64,000 nt of DNA, taken from Eledone cirrhosa. Its lineage: Eukaryota. Location: NCBI GenBank assembly GCA_964016885.1, contig OZ024741.1, positions 167,276,001 through 167,340,000 of the forward strand, written 5' to 3'. Positions 12,698 to 26,405 of this stretch are shown here, piece after piece. Both the position numbers and the translations under genes were made by a program. Each line of letters starts with the position of its first letter. Within the stretch, counting starts at the first letter, position 1. The notes beneath the pieces are model-generated. The model was not told the origin of the DNA. It ran no database searches and saw only the letters and a program-made list of their open reading frames with translations.

Positions 12698-12939
12698 TTA
12701 ACCCTTTCATGACCACATTTCTAATGAAAAAAAAAAAATTTTTAAATTAATTAATGAAGAATTTCAAGGGATTTACTAAAATTATTAATTATTTCATTAC
12801 TAAGATAGTAACTTAATGTAAGGTTATTGTATAAAATTATGTTGGAAGATTTTAATTTAAATTGGAAACCTTTAAAATGAGTGGTTTTATTTCATAAACC
12901 CAGAGCTGGTTTTGGCTGCATTGGTAACTAAAGGGTTTA
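12698..12939. mobile_element. piggyBac-type MITE (family E) inserted in a family F SINE
   Basis: TTAA-CCCTTT..AAAGGG-TTTA ends; related copies at 44092-44304, ~9695-9910 and ~16068. Confidence 0.7.
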
Positions 12940-13164
12940 TGTAGTTTTCAGGAAGATTCAGCGTGACACAGTATGTAACAAGGATAACTCTTTCAATTAC
13001 AGCTACAGTAAATAAAGTCTCTTGTTCAAGGATACAGTGCTCTGCTGGGAATTAAGCTTCCAACCTTATGATCATGCCAAACACTAACCACTAAGCCACA
13101 CACACACACACATATATATATATATCTAAAGTCTGTCTTAACACACACACACACATATATATAT

Positions 13165-13438
13165 CTAAAGTCTGTCTTAAGCCAGAAGACCCATTTGGCC
13201 GGTGCTTATCCTGGTTTCATGGCATGAAGCAACTGAGAGTACAAGACTTCCCCCTGGACATGACACCAGTCCATCACAGGGTTAAAGCCCCTGCTATTGC
13301 TGGTACTCATTTTCAGCTGAGTATACTGGAGCAACGTGGAATAGTGTTTTGCTCAAGAACACAACATACAACCCAGGTATCGAACCCACAACATTATGAT
13401 CATATATCCAACACCCTTACCACTAGGCCACGTGCCTG

Positions 13439-13440
<2 letters not shown>
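13165..13440 (-). mobile_element. tRNA/CORE SINE with a different tail
   Basis: Head ggcacgtggcctagtggtaagg..gggttcgatacc; CORE-like ctccagtatactcagctgaaaatgagtacc. Confidence 0.7.
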
Positions 13441-13475
<35 letters not shown>

Positions 13476-14006
13476 TGCACACATAGAGGAAGATGTAAAT
13501 TACAAATAAATAAATTAAACATTTTGACTCACTGAGAGAATGACAGATTGACAAACAGATGGTGGAAGTTTGTTTTGGTGGAGGGAACAGTTTTAGAGTA
13601 TTGCTGAAGAAAAAAAAAAGAAATGCGAAAACAAAATAAAAAATTACACTTTCCAGAATTAAATCAATTCAACCAAGTTGACTAATTAGTAGTGGGTGGG
13701 GTGCAGGGGGCGTAAAATTTGGTGTAATTAGCCAACACACACATGCACACAGTTTTCTAGCCCCACTCACTCTCCTAACCCCCCACCAACTTTCTGTTTC
13801 CTGTCATCATTCAATTCCAAGTACAACAGTCCTCTCAATGGAAATAAATTGGTCAGCATTGTTTGTGTCTAGACTCAACAATAGAAACACACAAACACAG
13901 AGAGAGAGAGAGAGAGAACTGAGAAAGGACTAACAGAGAGGACTGAAACTCCCGTCCAGTTGCAAAAGACAGCACTTATTCTGTTGCTAACAGCCCACAC
14001 ATATCA

Positions 14007-15045
14007 TTAACTCTTAATATCCTGTAATGATTTAGCAGAAAATAAGCAAAAAATGGGTTTGTCAATTCAAATGTTTATAGTATCTTTATTAGTGAACAGA
14101 TCATTGTGAAATTTTTCTGTATTAAACTAATAATTTGTTAATGTGATGCATCATTTTGTTTCTAAATACTGCACATGCAAGATTGTTAATTACTTCTTAA
14201 CATCCTGTAATGATTTAGTAAAAAATATCTAAAAACATGTTTATTAATTCAAATGTTTATAATATATTTCCTAGTAGACATACTATTGTGAAAATGTATA
14301 GTATTAGAGTAAAGACTTTAACATTTAAGGTGATGCAGGCAATTATGCTAAAAATAATGTTCGAAGAATTACATATGTATAGTTGACACTTAATATCGTG
14401 TAATGATTTAGTAGAAAATATCTAACCTGGATATATTTCAAATGCTTATAATATCTTTGCTAATGGGTAGATTATTGTGAAAATGTGCAATAAACTACAG
14501 TAAACACTTTACCACCCCTCCATGTCCTAACAACCCTCCCCCGTCTATGTCCTTCCCATGTCCTAACCCCCCCCCCCCCATGCCTGAACACCCCACCCCT
14601 AGCCCACACTGTAAAGTAGTCGAGATGGTGATACAGCGCCGAGCCCACAATGTAAAATGATCATGTAGGTTCCATGACAAAAGCGCCCAGTACACACTGT
14701 GAATATGGTTGATGTTAGGAAGGGCATCCAACCATAGAAACCAAGCCAAAACCAGTCATGTATGAGAAAGTCATGGTCATCAGACCTGCTGGCTTGTCTC
14801 ACAATGGGGCAACCCATCTAACCCATGCTAGTGTGGAAAAATGGACATTAAATGATGATGATGATATAACTGGGGGTCAATAAAATAAATCACCAGTAAT
14901 GCACTACGGTTGGTTTAATCGACTTTCCCCTCCCTCAAAATTGTTGGCCTTGTGCCTAAATCAGAAACCCTTACGCTGTTTTGTAGTATTTTTCAAGAAT
15001 TTCTTGCTAATGTGGCCTTATGTGGTACAAGCTATTAAGAGTTAA
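14007..15045. mobile_element. TTAA-flanked MITE (family D) with internal ~190-bp tandem units and nested SINE/RTE pieces
   Basis: TTAA-CTCTTAAT..ATTAAGAG-TTAA; cctgtaatgatttag repeated three times; single-unit copy at 29196-29401. Confidence 0.6.
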
Positions 15046-17269
15046 TAAGTAATAACATTTATGTTGTTTTCTTAGGAGTTATTGTAAATTTGTTTTATTA
15101 TTTGTTTGTGTGCATATGTAATTCAATCAGAACAAAGAGGCAGAGCCAATAACCACTTAATCTGTCACCAAGTTTAGCCCTTTACCATTTACATTATATA
15201 CTATTATATGTTCACGGTAAAGGTTTTATCTCATATAATATTGAATCAATGAGATTTTGATATTATTCATTTTGAGAACAATACCTTAACATAAGTATGA
15301 GCAGCTAGTTATAGCCGGTTTGAACATTGAGAATTCTGGCCAGATACGGCCAGTTTAAATGCTAAAGGGTTAATCCACTAGACTTTAACAGTGTTACTCT
15401 GTTGCAAGCATTCAGATACATCTCTAGTCTAAAGATATATTCCTCTCTTCCCACCACCTCTGTTGAAGGCACTGGAAAGGGCCATGACCACTGCCTTTCT
15501 GTCCCTGACTAAACAGGAAAAAGCAAAGTTGTTAACCCTTTGAGACTAATGAGAGTGAGACTGATGTCATTTATGTATGTTCACCTCGTGGGCAAAGGCA
15601 TAGCTGTCTGGTTAAAAAGTTTGCTTTGTAATCATGAGGTTCTGGGTTTGATTCCACTGCAAAGTAACTTGGACAAGTATCTTTTGTTGGAGTGTCTCTT
15701 GCCATAGAATTGGGTTTACCAAATCTTTTGAATGAAATTAGGTAGAGGGAAACTGTGTGGAAGCACATTGAGTGGATCGTACTTATAATTCCAAAGTTCA
15801 GCCTTGTCCCACTGTATCATGCTGAATAACCCTTTAGCATTTAAATCAGCCATATCCGGCCAGAATTCTCTAACTTCTTTCTGTTCAAACCAGTTGTAAC
15901 CAGATGCTCATACTGATGTTAAGGTATTGTTCTAAAATAAATAATATCAAAATTTCATAGATTCAATATTATGTGAAATAATTATGTGAGGTAAATACTT
16001 TACCATGAAAATATAATAGTAAATATAGAGTAATGTAAATACTAAAGGGTTAAGCCTGAAAGTTGTATTAACCCTTTTGATACCAGCCTGGCCAAAGCCA
16101 CCAATGGTTTAATGAAACAAAACCATCCATTGTGAAGGGGTTATGTTTGAGGATCTTTAAACAAAGATCCTCAAACATAATTTGTAAGAAACCTTTAACC
16201 CTTTAGCATTCAAATTACTCTATATTTACTATTATATTTTCACGGTAAATTCACATAATTATCTCACATGATATCGAATCTATGAGATTTTGATGTTATT
16301 GATTTTAAGAACAATACCTTAACATCAGTATGAGTGGCCAGTTACAGCCGGTTTGAACAGAAAGAGGCAAGAGAATTCTGGCCGGATACAGCCAGTTTAA
16401 ATGCTAAAGGGTTAAGTTACATCACAGATATACTGTTTGATCATTTTTTTTATGTCCACCTTTCCATGATGATATGGGTTGGATGGGATGTTTTGACAAT
16501 GTTTTACAGTCTGATGCCTTTCCTGATTCCAACCCTTTTAGTCACTCTTACAACATGCAAAGATATGGTGTATCTATTCTAAAAACCATCAAAGAAATGA
16601 TTAATATAAATTTAATTCCAAAGAGAAGAAACCAGAACAGTTTTCTCTGAGTTCCTTATACTCTGAAAAAGAAAGAACAAAAAAATACAACAAAAATTAC
16701 CAGGTAACTAAATTTTTCATTACCATCATCTTATCGTCCATTTTGTATTGTTTAGCCTTATATCACTTTCCACATTATATAATATATTACATAAAATGCT
16801 TCAAGCTAACAACAACATTTTATTAAATGATTAATAATTTTAACAAAAATTCTTCAATTAATAAAAATACATTTTATCTCATCAAAAATATGGTAACAAA
16901 AGGTTGCAGCGGACATGTTTCTGTGGAATATTCAGCCACTTACTCATTAATTTGAAAAGTAGGACAGCCAGTTGATTGAACAACTGAGTGATTATTGTGG
17001 AAACCAATGACAAATTAGTGATTCTCTAGCTTAAACATCTGTAGGCTTATGTAAGGAGGGGAAAAACATAGGTGGGTAGTAGAGGGTTAATGCTGCAAAA
17101 GAATATAATGATTGACAGATAGTTAATTACTTGTCTTACTATATCTATCTTCTACTACTACCAACACCACAACTGCTACTACTACCTAACAATCCACTCA
17201 AAGCTGGCTCACTTCATTGCAGCCGAAACACACACCACACCCACATACACACAGAACAGCCAATAAAGG

Positions 17270-17339
<70 letters not shown>

Positions 17340-17629
17340 CATGTCAGAACTGATTAAAAGATTATGTAGAAAACAACAGAAAAAATAACATCTAGTACTT
17401 TCACAGACAAAAACAGACATACAAACACACACATACAGACAGACAGACACACACACAGATAGACACACACACACATATGTATATAAACTACAATAACAGT
17501 GGGTGTTGTTTTCATGCCTTTATTTCTAGCTGGCATTAGACTGGCTTTCTAAAACAATTTTAACTATCTCACAATGCTTCATATAAACTATACTAAGTCA
17601 TGGGTGCACTGTCAAAGGCAACTACACCT

Positions 17630-18045
17630 GGCAGAGCCCATCACTCTCCAGGTCAGAACCTGAACCTAGGGGACGGCAAAAGGCCAGACGGGATGGCTAT
17701 CTTCCCATTCCACAGTGGTAAGCCCTAATCTGGAATGCCACATGTAGTGACACATTCTTCACAGCAGCAACCTGGTGTAGTCTGCAACTAATTCAGGCTC
17801 TGCTGCACTTCAGGCGGAGGAGGATAAACTCTCCAAATATCGGTCGCTCTCCAACAGGTTTGTAGTCGTGCCCATACCAGTGGAGACTACTGGTGTCCTT
17901 GACCCTAGGACCACCTCCCTACTCACCACTATCGGCACAGAGTTGGCTACCACAGGTGTGAGCCTCACGAGCTGGAATGGCTCTTCCAGCATGTCTCCCT
18001 CACCATCCTCCAGAGAAACGCCTTCTCTACTCTGTCCGCCAGTGG
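17630..18045 (+). mobile_element. CRE-clade non-LTR retrotransposon, restriction-like endonuclease fragment
   Basis: Frameshifted GDGKRPDGMAIFPFHSGK-LIWNATCSDT..AEEDKLSKYRSL..VPIPVETTGVL..EWLFQHVSLTILQRNA. Confidence 0.8.
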
Positions 18046-18431
18046 CAGCCAGCACGTGGACCCATATTTGCTCATAATAGTGAGAGATGGGGAGAGGATG
18101 AGAGACGAAGGCAGTGACAGTGGGAGTTTGGTTCCTTTGTGTTAGGATCTGGTGTATTATATGTATGTGCTTCACAAACACACACTCACACTCACACTCA
18201 AACTGAGACTTAATCCTTTCCTTTTTATTAAATGAAATGCAAATTAGAATATATTTCAATTAACTCTGATCAAATGTTATATCATACTAATTCTTACCAC
18301 ATACAGCCTTACTCAGTTTTCTGATTTCTTCCAGAGAAATAAAGTAAGCAAGAGAGAAGTGATAATGAGATATAGAGAAAAAAATTAAACCTCAGTATTG
18401 AATTGGCATTATATTTATATTATAGTTTAGA

Positions 18432-18616
18432 TTGATGGCAGTAACGGTAGAGGGTCAGACGCCATGCTTTGACGCAAAGAGTTACGGCCCTTTCCATTCT
18501 GATTTCAAATCCCACCGAGGTTAACTTTGCCTTTCATCCTTACGGGGTCGATAAAATAAAGTACCAGTAATGCACTGGGTAATTGTTGGCCTTGTGCCAA
18601 AAGTAGAAACAATTAT
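18432..18616 (+). mobile_element. Family B SINE
   Basis: Full head-to-tail copy; similar copies at 21936-22117, 31810-31998, 37620-37757 and 41398-41525. Confidence 0.85.
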
Positions 18617-18840
18617 ATTTATTGACCCCAAAAGAATGAAAGGCAAAGTTGGCTTAGACAAGATTTGAACACAGAGCATAGATTAATAGAGCAAGGCATT
18701 CTATTTGATGTTCCATTTGGCAGGAAAGGGCCACATTAACATTCCAAATTTAGATGAGGGTTGCATATTAGAATTATGGGACAACTGGTCTAACCCATGC
18801 TAGTGTGGAAAATAGACATTAAATGATAATGATATATATA

Positions 18841-19563
18841 TAAATGGAATAGAATGAAACAAAATTTCATTTTTCACTCTTAGTACGGCAGTTACTTAAA
18901 TGTAAGTATGCATGTATGTATACGTACATACATATATGTATACAGACGTACAGTAGTATGTATATATATACATACATGCACACATATATATATGCACATA
19001 TCGGTTTACCGAACATTTATTATAATGCTCGGTTTGTTTGTACACAAACAAACAGCCCGAATTACGCCGTACAGTGTTTAGGCAACCACGTCACCTTTTT
19101 GTTCAACACTGACACAGGAACGATGTACTAGTTTCAAGCTTAGTAGCTATCGTCAGCATCGTATACCTTCCTACCAGATGGTTGAACGTCTGAAAGTATA
19201 TGCTTTCTCTATGCATATTAACGGCTGAGCAGCCTAATTTGCATATCGGGTGAGTTCAGTCGGCCGGGCACACCGAAAACGATAAATGGAATAGAATGAA
19301 ACAAAATTTCATTTATCACTCTTAGTACGGCACTTACTTAAATGTAAGTATGTATGTATACGTACATACATATATGTATACAGACGTACATACATATATG
19401 TATACAGACGTTACAAACAAACAAACAAACAAACCGAGCATTATAATAAATGTTCGGTAAACCGATACGTGCATATATATATATGTGTGCATGTATGTAT
19501 ATATATACATACTATTGTACGTCTGTATACATATATGTATGTACGTATACATACATGCATACT
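18841..19563 (-). mobile_element. Hammerhead-containing 442-bp tandem element (retrozyme-like), locus 2, with an inverted 5' end
   Basis: taaatggaatagaatgaaac at 18841 recurs at 19283 (period 442); ~19410-19563 is the reverse complement of ~18905-19050. Confidence 0.8.
19120..19162 (-). ncRNA. Minimal type I hammerhead ribozyme
   Basis: ACGAUG-CUGACGA-U-AGCU-ACUA-AGCU-U-GAAA-CUAG-UA/CAUCGU; perfect 6-bp stem I; predicted cleavage between 19126 and 19125. Confidence 0.88.
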
Positions 19564-20305
<742 letters not shown>

Positions 20306-20922
20306 AGTACACTGACTATTTGCAACACAAACTTCCAGAAACCTGCCAACCACCTAATAACCTACAAATCTGGCGAGCACATAAGCCAGATTGACTTCTT
20401 ACTAGATAGGCAGCAAGACAGGCAGATGGTGTCAAATACCAAGAGATACGCTGGGGAAGAATGTATCCCACAGCATAGGTTAGTCGTTAGTGATATCTCA
20501 GTAAGCAAGAGATGGAATGAGACATACAGGAAGGTGTGGTGAAGAAAGGTCTGGAAGCTAAAAGACCTTTCACTAAAATACAAATTTAGGAAAGCCCTTC
20601 AAGATGTGTATGATGAAAAAGAAAACGATTTAGAGACGTATGACATAGATAATAACTGGAATTTCTTACGTGACAACTTACTGCAGGCTACTGATGAAAC
20701 TTGTGGCTGGAGCAGAGCTCCAACCAGACAGAGAGTGACCTGGTGGTGGAACAGCACAGTAGATAAGGCCGTTAGAGACAAAAGACTAGCATGGAAGGCT
20801 TGGAAAAAGGGTGGGAGTAGGGAAGAATATACAGCCGCTAAGAGAGAAGCTAGACGTCAGGTGTACTTAGCACGCAGGGAGGCTGAGAGTGGGAGGTTTG
20901 CCAATGTTCTGCGACAAGAGAA
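20306..20922 (+). mobile_element. RTE LINE fragment: C-terminus of the AP endonuclease and linker
   Basis: LTICNTNFQKPANHLITYKSG..SQIDFLL..GEECIPQHRLVVSD and TWWWNSTVDKAVRDKRLAWKAWK. Confidence 0.88.
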
Positions 20923-22179
20923 CATAATAATGTAGAAAAATTAACTTCCTCGTTGTAATGTTTATGTTCAGGATAATACTTTCATTCATAAATGTTGATC
21001 TGTTGTCCTTGTAGAACTTGAGTCAACCTTTTCATGAGATTCATGGAAAAATCCAGTAATTTTAGAAAAAATGAAGAAGTTTACATTTACATGGGACCAC
21101 AAGTATATACAATGTATGCATGGAATCAACTTTTACACAAATATATACATAGTAACTTATCTGAATGCAGGGTCACTCTAGTTTTGAAACTGGGATTAGG
21201 TAGCATGTTCCTGAAATATGCTCTAAGGACTGACTCATTTAATTTTTTTTTTGTCTTTGTTGTTTTTAGGTGGGGTTTGTTGGCAGAAATGACTAACTTG
21301 GTTTGAGGGGAGGAGGAGGGTGAGATAAACTATAATCTCAGCCATTCTTGTTTTCATTTAATACTTCAGAGAGTGTTCAACCATAACCAATACCATCATC
21401 ACCACCATTGTGAAGTGTGACAACTACCAACACCACCACTGTGACAACTAGCATCATAAACAACCACTTGGGTGGGGACCAGCCTTACTTGAGTTTGCTG
21501 ATTCATTGAGGCTAAACGATTGACCTCTCCCCTTCCTCTCTCTCTCTTTCTTAACTTGATTATGATCATGGTCATTATCAAAGTTGTTATTTAACCCCAT
21601 GTCAGCTCTGCTTGAGCATATATATGACCAAAGACATTCCTGCTATGATCATTCTGTCTTGATATGTAGTGTAGTTAGGGCTACATTATCCTTTTAATGT
21701 TCAAACTGTCACTGGCCACTCAAACTGATATTAAGGTATATGTGAGATAATTATGCGAGGTAAAGCCTTTACCATGAAAATATAATAGTAAATATCGAGT
21801 AATGTGAATGCTAATGGGTTATTCAATGTATCCTGCTTTTTTTATTATAAGGGTGGGAGCGTAATTTGAGGACAATTTAGCTGTTGTTTCTAGCAAGTTA
21901 AGCAATCCTGTAGAAGCACCATTTATTATTATCTTGATTGGCAGTATCGGTAGAGGGTCGGACACCATGCTTTCCAGTATAGTTACGTCCCTTTACGATC
22001 TGAGTTCAAATCCCGCCGAGGTTGACTTTGCCTTTCATCCTTACGGGGTCGATAAAATAAAGTACCAGTAATGCACTGGGTAATTGCTGGCCTTGCGCCT
22101 AAAGTAGAAACAATTATGTTGATTGTCCTTCTGACACTCACAGTGGTGCACAAGAAAGATATCAGTTGGCAAATTAATA

Positions 22180-22570
22180 CAGCAACAAGTTTAATGTGTA
22201 GGTGGGGGTCCACCATAGCTGTCCTCAGCCCTTCCTGTACATTATAATCCTCCAGGCCATAACAGAAATTCAAGACTGGTTGCTTGTGGGAGCTCCTGTA
22301 TGCTGATGATCTAGCCCTCATAGTTGAATCAAGAGAAGAGCTAGAAAAAAAGGTTCCAGGTATGGAAGCAAAATCAAAGGCCTCAAAGGCCTAAAGTTTT
22401 AGAAAGTAAGGAAAAGAATAAGACCCTCCTACAATCATAGAAATGGCTATGTTCAATATGTAGAAAAGGAGTGGGTAGGAATCCCATATTGTGTACTCAG
22501 TGTAGACTGTAGACACACAAGAAATAAAGTGGGATCACTGGTAGACTAACACAGAGAGGCCCTTTGTTGC
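22180..22570 (+). mobile_element. Degenerate RTE reverse transcriptase fragment
   Basis: VGVHHSCPQP.., IILQAITE-FKTGCLWELLYADDLALIVES, plus a zinc-finger remnant. Confidence 0.8.
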
Positions 22571-22741
22571 CAGCAGCAGTAGCAACACCTTAACACTTTA
22601 GCATTTACATTACTTTATATATACTATTATATTTTCATGGTAAAGGCTTTACCTCACATAATTATCTCACATGATATCAAATCTATGAGATTTTGATGTT
22701 ATACATGTACATATATATATATATATATTATCAAGTGCCCA

Positions 22742-25150
22742 GGGGGGAAGCTAGGAGACAAGTGTACTTCGCAAGAAGGGAAGCAGAGGAAAGAAAGTTC
22801 AAGCATGTTCTCCAACGCGAGGACCAAAAACGTGAGGTGTTCAGGATTGCTAGGCAATGTGTCAAGGAAAACCATGATATTGTTGGGGAGAAGTGTGTAC
22901 TAAATGATGATGGCATACTCGCCATCACTGACGCTGATAAGAAGGTCGCTTGGAAGTGTCACTACGAGAGGCTACTAAATGAGGAGAATAAATGGGAGAA
23001 GGATAGTCTCCCCCAGATCGATCCAATAGAGGGACCAGCAGTGTTAGTTGAAGGTAGTATAATAAGTAAGGCAATCAAAGATATGAGGACGGGTAAGGTG
23101 GCTGGGCCTTCGGAAATAGTTGCTGAGATGCTGAAGGCCTCTGGAACGGTGGGACACACCATGGTCACCCGGATAGTAAACCAAGTCATACAGAATGGGG
23201 TTGTTCCGAAGGACTGGCGTAGCAGCATCATCATTAACTGTTACAAGGGTAAAGGAGACGCCCTAGATAGGAGTAACTATAGAGGCATTAAATTAATCGA
23301 CCAGGTCATGAAATGCAGTTCGGGTTTGTGTCAGGCAAAAGTACCACAGACGCTCTTTTCATTGTACGACAACTACAGGAGAAGTACCTAGCTAAAAGTA
23401 AACCCCTATACTTAGCCTTTGTCGACTTGGAGAAAGCCTTCGACAGAGTCCCCCATTCCATTATCTGGTGGGCTCTTAGAAAACTAGGTGTTGACGAATG
23501 GCTTGTGAGAGCTATACAAGCCATGTATAAAGAAACAGTGAGCAAGGTTAGAATTAACAACGAATATAGTGAAGAGTTTAGCGTAAAAGTTGGTGTCCAT
23601 CAGGGCTCTGTTCTTAGCCCCCTACTATTTATTATTGCCCTTCAGGTTATAACAGAGGAGTTCAAGACCGACTGCCCATGGGAACTCCTATACGCAGATG
23701 ATCTAACGCTCATAGCTGAATCAATGGCCGAGCTAGAGAAGAAATTCCAAACATGGAAGCACGGCCTAGAATCAAAAGGCCTTAAAATTAACCTGGCTAC
23801 GACTAAAGTTCTAGTTTGTAGGAAAGAAAATAAGGCGCCGGTCCCTTCCGGGAAATGGTCATGCTCAGTGTGTAGGAAAGGCATAGGTAGAAACTCCATT
23901 TTATGTCCCAAATGCAAAGTATGGGTGCATAAAAGATGTAGTGGGATCACAGGTAAGCTAACTAAGAACACAGATTTTACATGTGGCCGGTGCTCTGGTG
24001 CAATAAGTAGCAGCAAGTGCCCACAAAATACTAGCTCTTTCAATTGCGCAGAGGGTTCTATAGAAATAGTGAACAGCTTCCGTTACCTGGGTGACAAAAT
24101 CAGCATGGGGGAGGGTGCTCTGAAAGTACAGTAGCTAGAGTCAGAACTGGATGGAACAAGTTCAGAGAGCTTATACCACTATTAGCCGCTAAAGGGTTCT
24201 CCCTAAAAATGAAAGGCAGGTTGTATGATGCCTGCATACGAACAGCAATGTTGCATGGCAGTGAGACCTGGGCATTGTGTGCAGAGGATACATGCAGACT
24301 AGAGAGGAACGAAGCTTGCATGCTCCGCTGGATGTGTAATAGTAATATATGCAAACGGCAAAGCATAAACGAACTAAGGAAAAAATTAGAAATAAGAGGG
24401 ATCAGATGTTGTTTACTCGAGAGAAGGCTACGTTGGTATGGTCACGTGATGCGCATGAAAGACGACAGCTGTATAGCAAAGTGCAGGGCAATAAAGATAG
24501 ACGGTAGCCACGGAGTAGGCAGACCCAGAAAAACCTGGGACGACCTGATAAATTCCGACCTCACACACTTACACCTCTCCAAGACAATGTCACTGGACCG
24601 AGACCTTTGGCGGTACTCAGTAATAGAGAAGACCCGCCTTACCTAAATACAAAGTAAAACCTACTACAGTCAGTAGGCATCTCTAACAAAATACACCCCC
24701 GTCCCACCACCCCCACTCCATCCACACCGCCCCTTTCAATGTAAAGTTATGTTGGTGCAACAACATCCAGGCCGAAACAAATGAGATCGTGTAGGTGTCA
24801 CGACAAAAAAAAAACACACAGTCCACGCTGTAAATGTGGCCGTGTAGGCAACATGGTAAAAACCTCGCAGCCCCACACTGTAAATGTGGTAGGTGTTAGG
24901 AAGGGCATCCAGCTGTAGAAAACCCGCCAGACAGTCCACGCTGTAATGTGGCCGTGTAGGCAACACGGTAAAAACCTCCCAGCCCCACACTGTAAATGTG
25001 GTTGGTGTTAGGAAGGGCATCCAACTGTAGAAAACCCGCCAGACAGTCCTATGCGAGCAAGACAACCACTCTTGCCTCAAGTGGGAAAACTCCCGTCCAA
25101 ACCCATGCAAGCGTGGAACATGGACGTTAAATGATGATGATGATGATGAT
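22742..25150 (+). mobile_element. 5'-truncated RTE LINE (subfamily A): disrupted RT, PHD-like finger, 3' UTR and (GAT)n tail
   Basis: ORFs 22693-23391, 23313-24134 and 24209-24646 carry NYRGIKL, QFGF, AFVDLEKAFD, GVHQGSVLSP, LLYADD, FRYLG and RRLRWYGHV; frameshifts near 23312 and 24110. Confidence 0.96.
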
Positions 25151-25155
25151 ATATA

Positions 25156-25235
<80 letters not shown>

Positions 25236-25254
25236 CGTATGTGTGTGTGTATAT

Positions 25255-26405
25255 ATCATCATCATCATCATCATTTTACGTCCGCTCTTCCCTGCTTGCA
25301 AAGGTGGGACGGGTCTTATTCAGCACAGCATCTCTCCACTCGTCACGGTCCTTCGTCATCTCCACCGTGAGCTTCAACGATCTGAGGTCTGTTCTCACCA
25401 CCTCCGCCCATGTTTTTCGTGGTCTACCTCTACCACGTCTTCCTTCAACTGGCATTTCCTGGCACTTCTTCACCCATCGGTCATCCTCCATGTGCATCAC
25501 ATGTCCATACCACCTCAGTCTCCTCTCCTGTACACTATATTCAATCCCTCTCAGACACAGTTTCTCTCTCAACACATTCATGCTGGGTCGTTCATACACA
25601 TCCAATGGAGCATGCTTGCCTCATTTCTCTCCAGCCGTCGCATATCCTCTGCAGTTGCTGCCCATGTCTCACTACCATGAAGCATCGCGCTCCTCACACA
25701 GGCATCATATAACCGGCCTTTCGTACGCAGGGAGAAACACTTCTTCGTCAGCAGAGGAAGCAGCTCCCTAAACTTCTTCCAACTCATCCTTATTCTAGAT
25801 ACTATGGCCTCAGAACACCCCCTCCCATGCTAATCTGATCTCCTAGGTACCAGAAGCTATCCACCACTTCTATAGCACCCTCCTGCATTTGAAAAATGTG
25901 TCTATCAATGCGACTCCTACTGTCTAATTTCCCTGTACATCTACTGCATACATATTTCTCCCTACCTGTTATTTTGCCTGTTATCCCACTACATCTCTTA
26001 TGTACCCAGGAACTGCATTGTGTGCATTTTATAGAATTTATGCCAGTTCCTTTTCTGCATATCGAACATGGCCATTTCCCTGACGGAATCAGAGTTTTGT
26101 CCTCTTTTCTACCCATCAACACATTTGTCTGAGCTAGGTTCACTCTCAGTCCTCTTGCTTCCAACTGTTGTTTCCATAGCCAGAATTTATTCTCTAGCTC
26201 CTCTACTGATTCTGCTATAACCAGATCGTCAGTATACAGAAGTTCCCATGGACAGCCAGTCTTAAACTCCTCTGTTATGGCTTGGAGGACTATAATGAAC
26301 ATGAGCGGGCTGAGGACCGAACCTTGATGTACTCCTACTTGTATCTGGAACTCCTCACTAAACTCCATTCCTACCCTGACTTTACTGACAGTACCTCTGT
26401 ACAAA
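25255..26405 (-). mobile_element. 5'-truncated RTE LINE (subfamily C); ORF runs to the tail with no long 3' UTR
   Basis: GVHQGSVLSP, LLYTDD, KWPCSICRKG, RRLRWYGHV, GRPRKTW, KTRPTFASREERT* then (ATG)n; tail-to-tail with subfamily A across a microsatellite. Confidence 0.95.
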
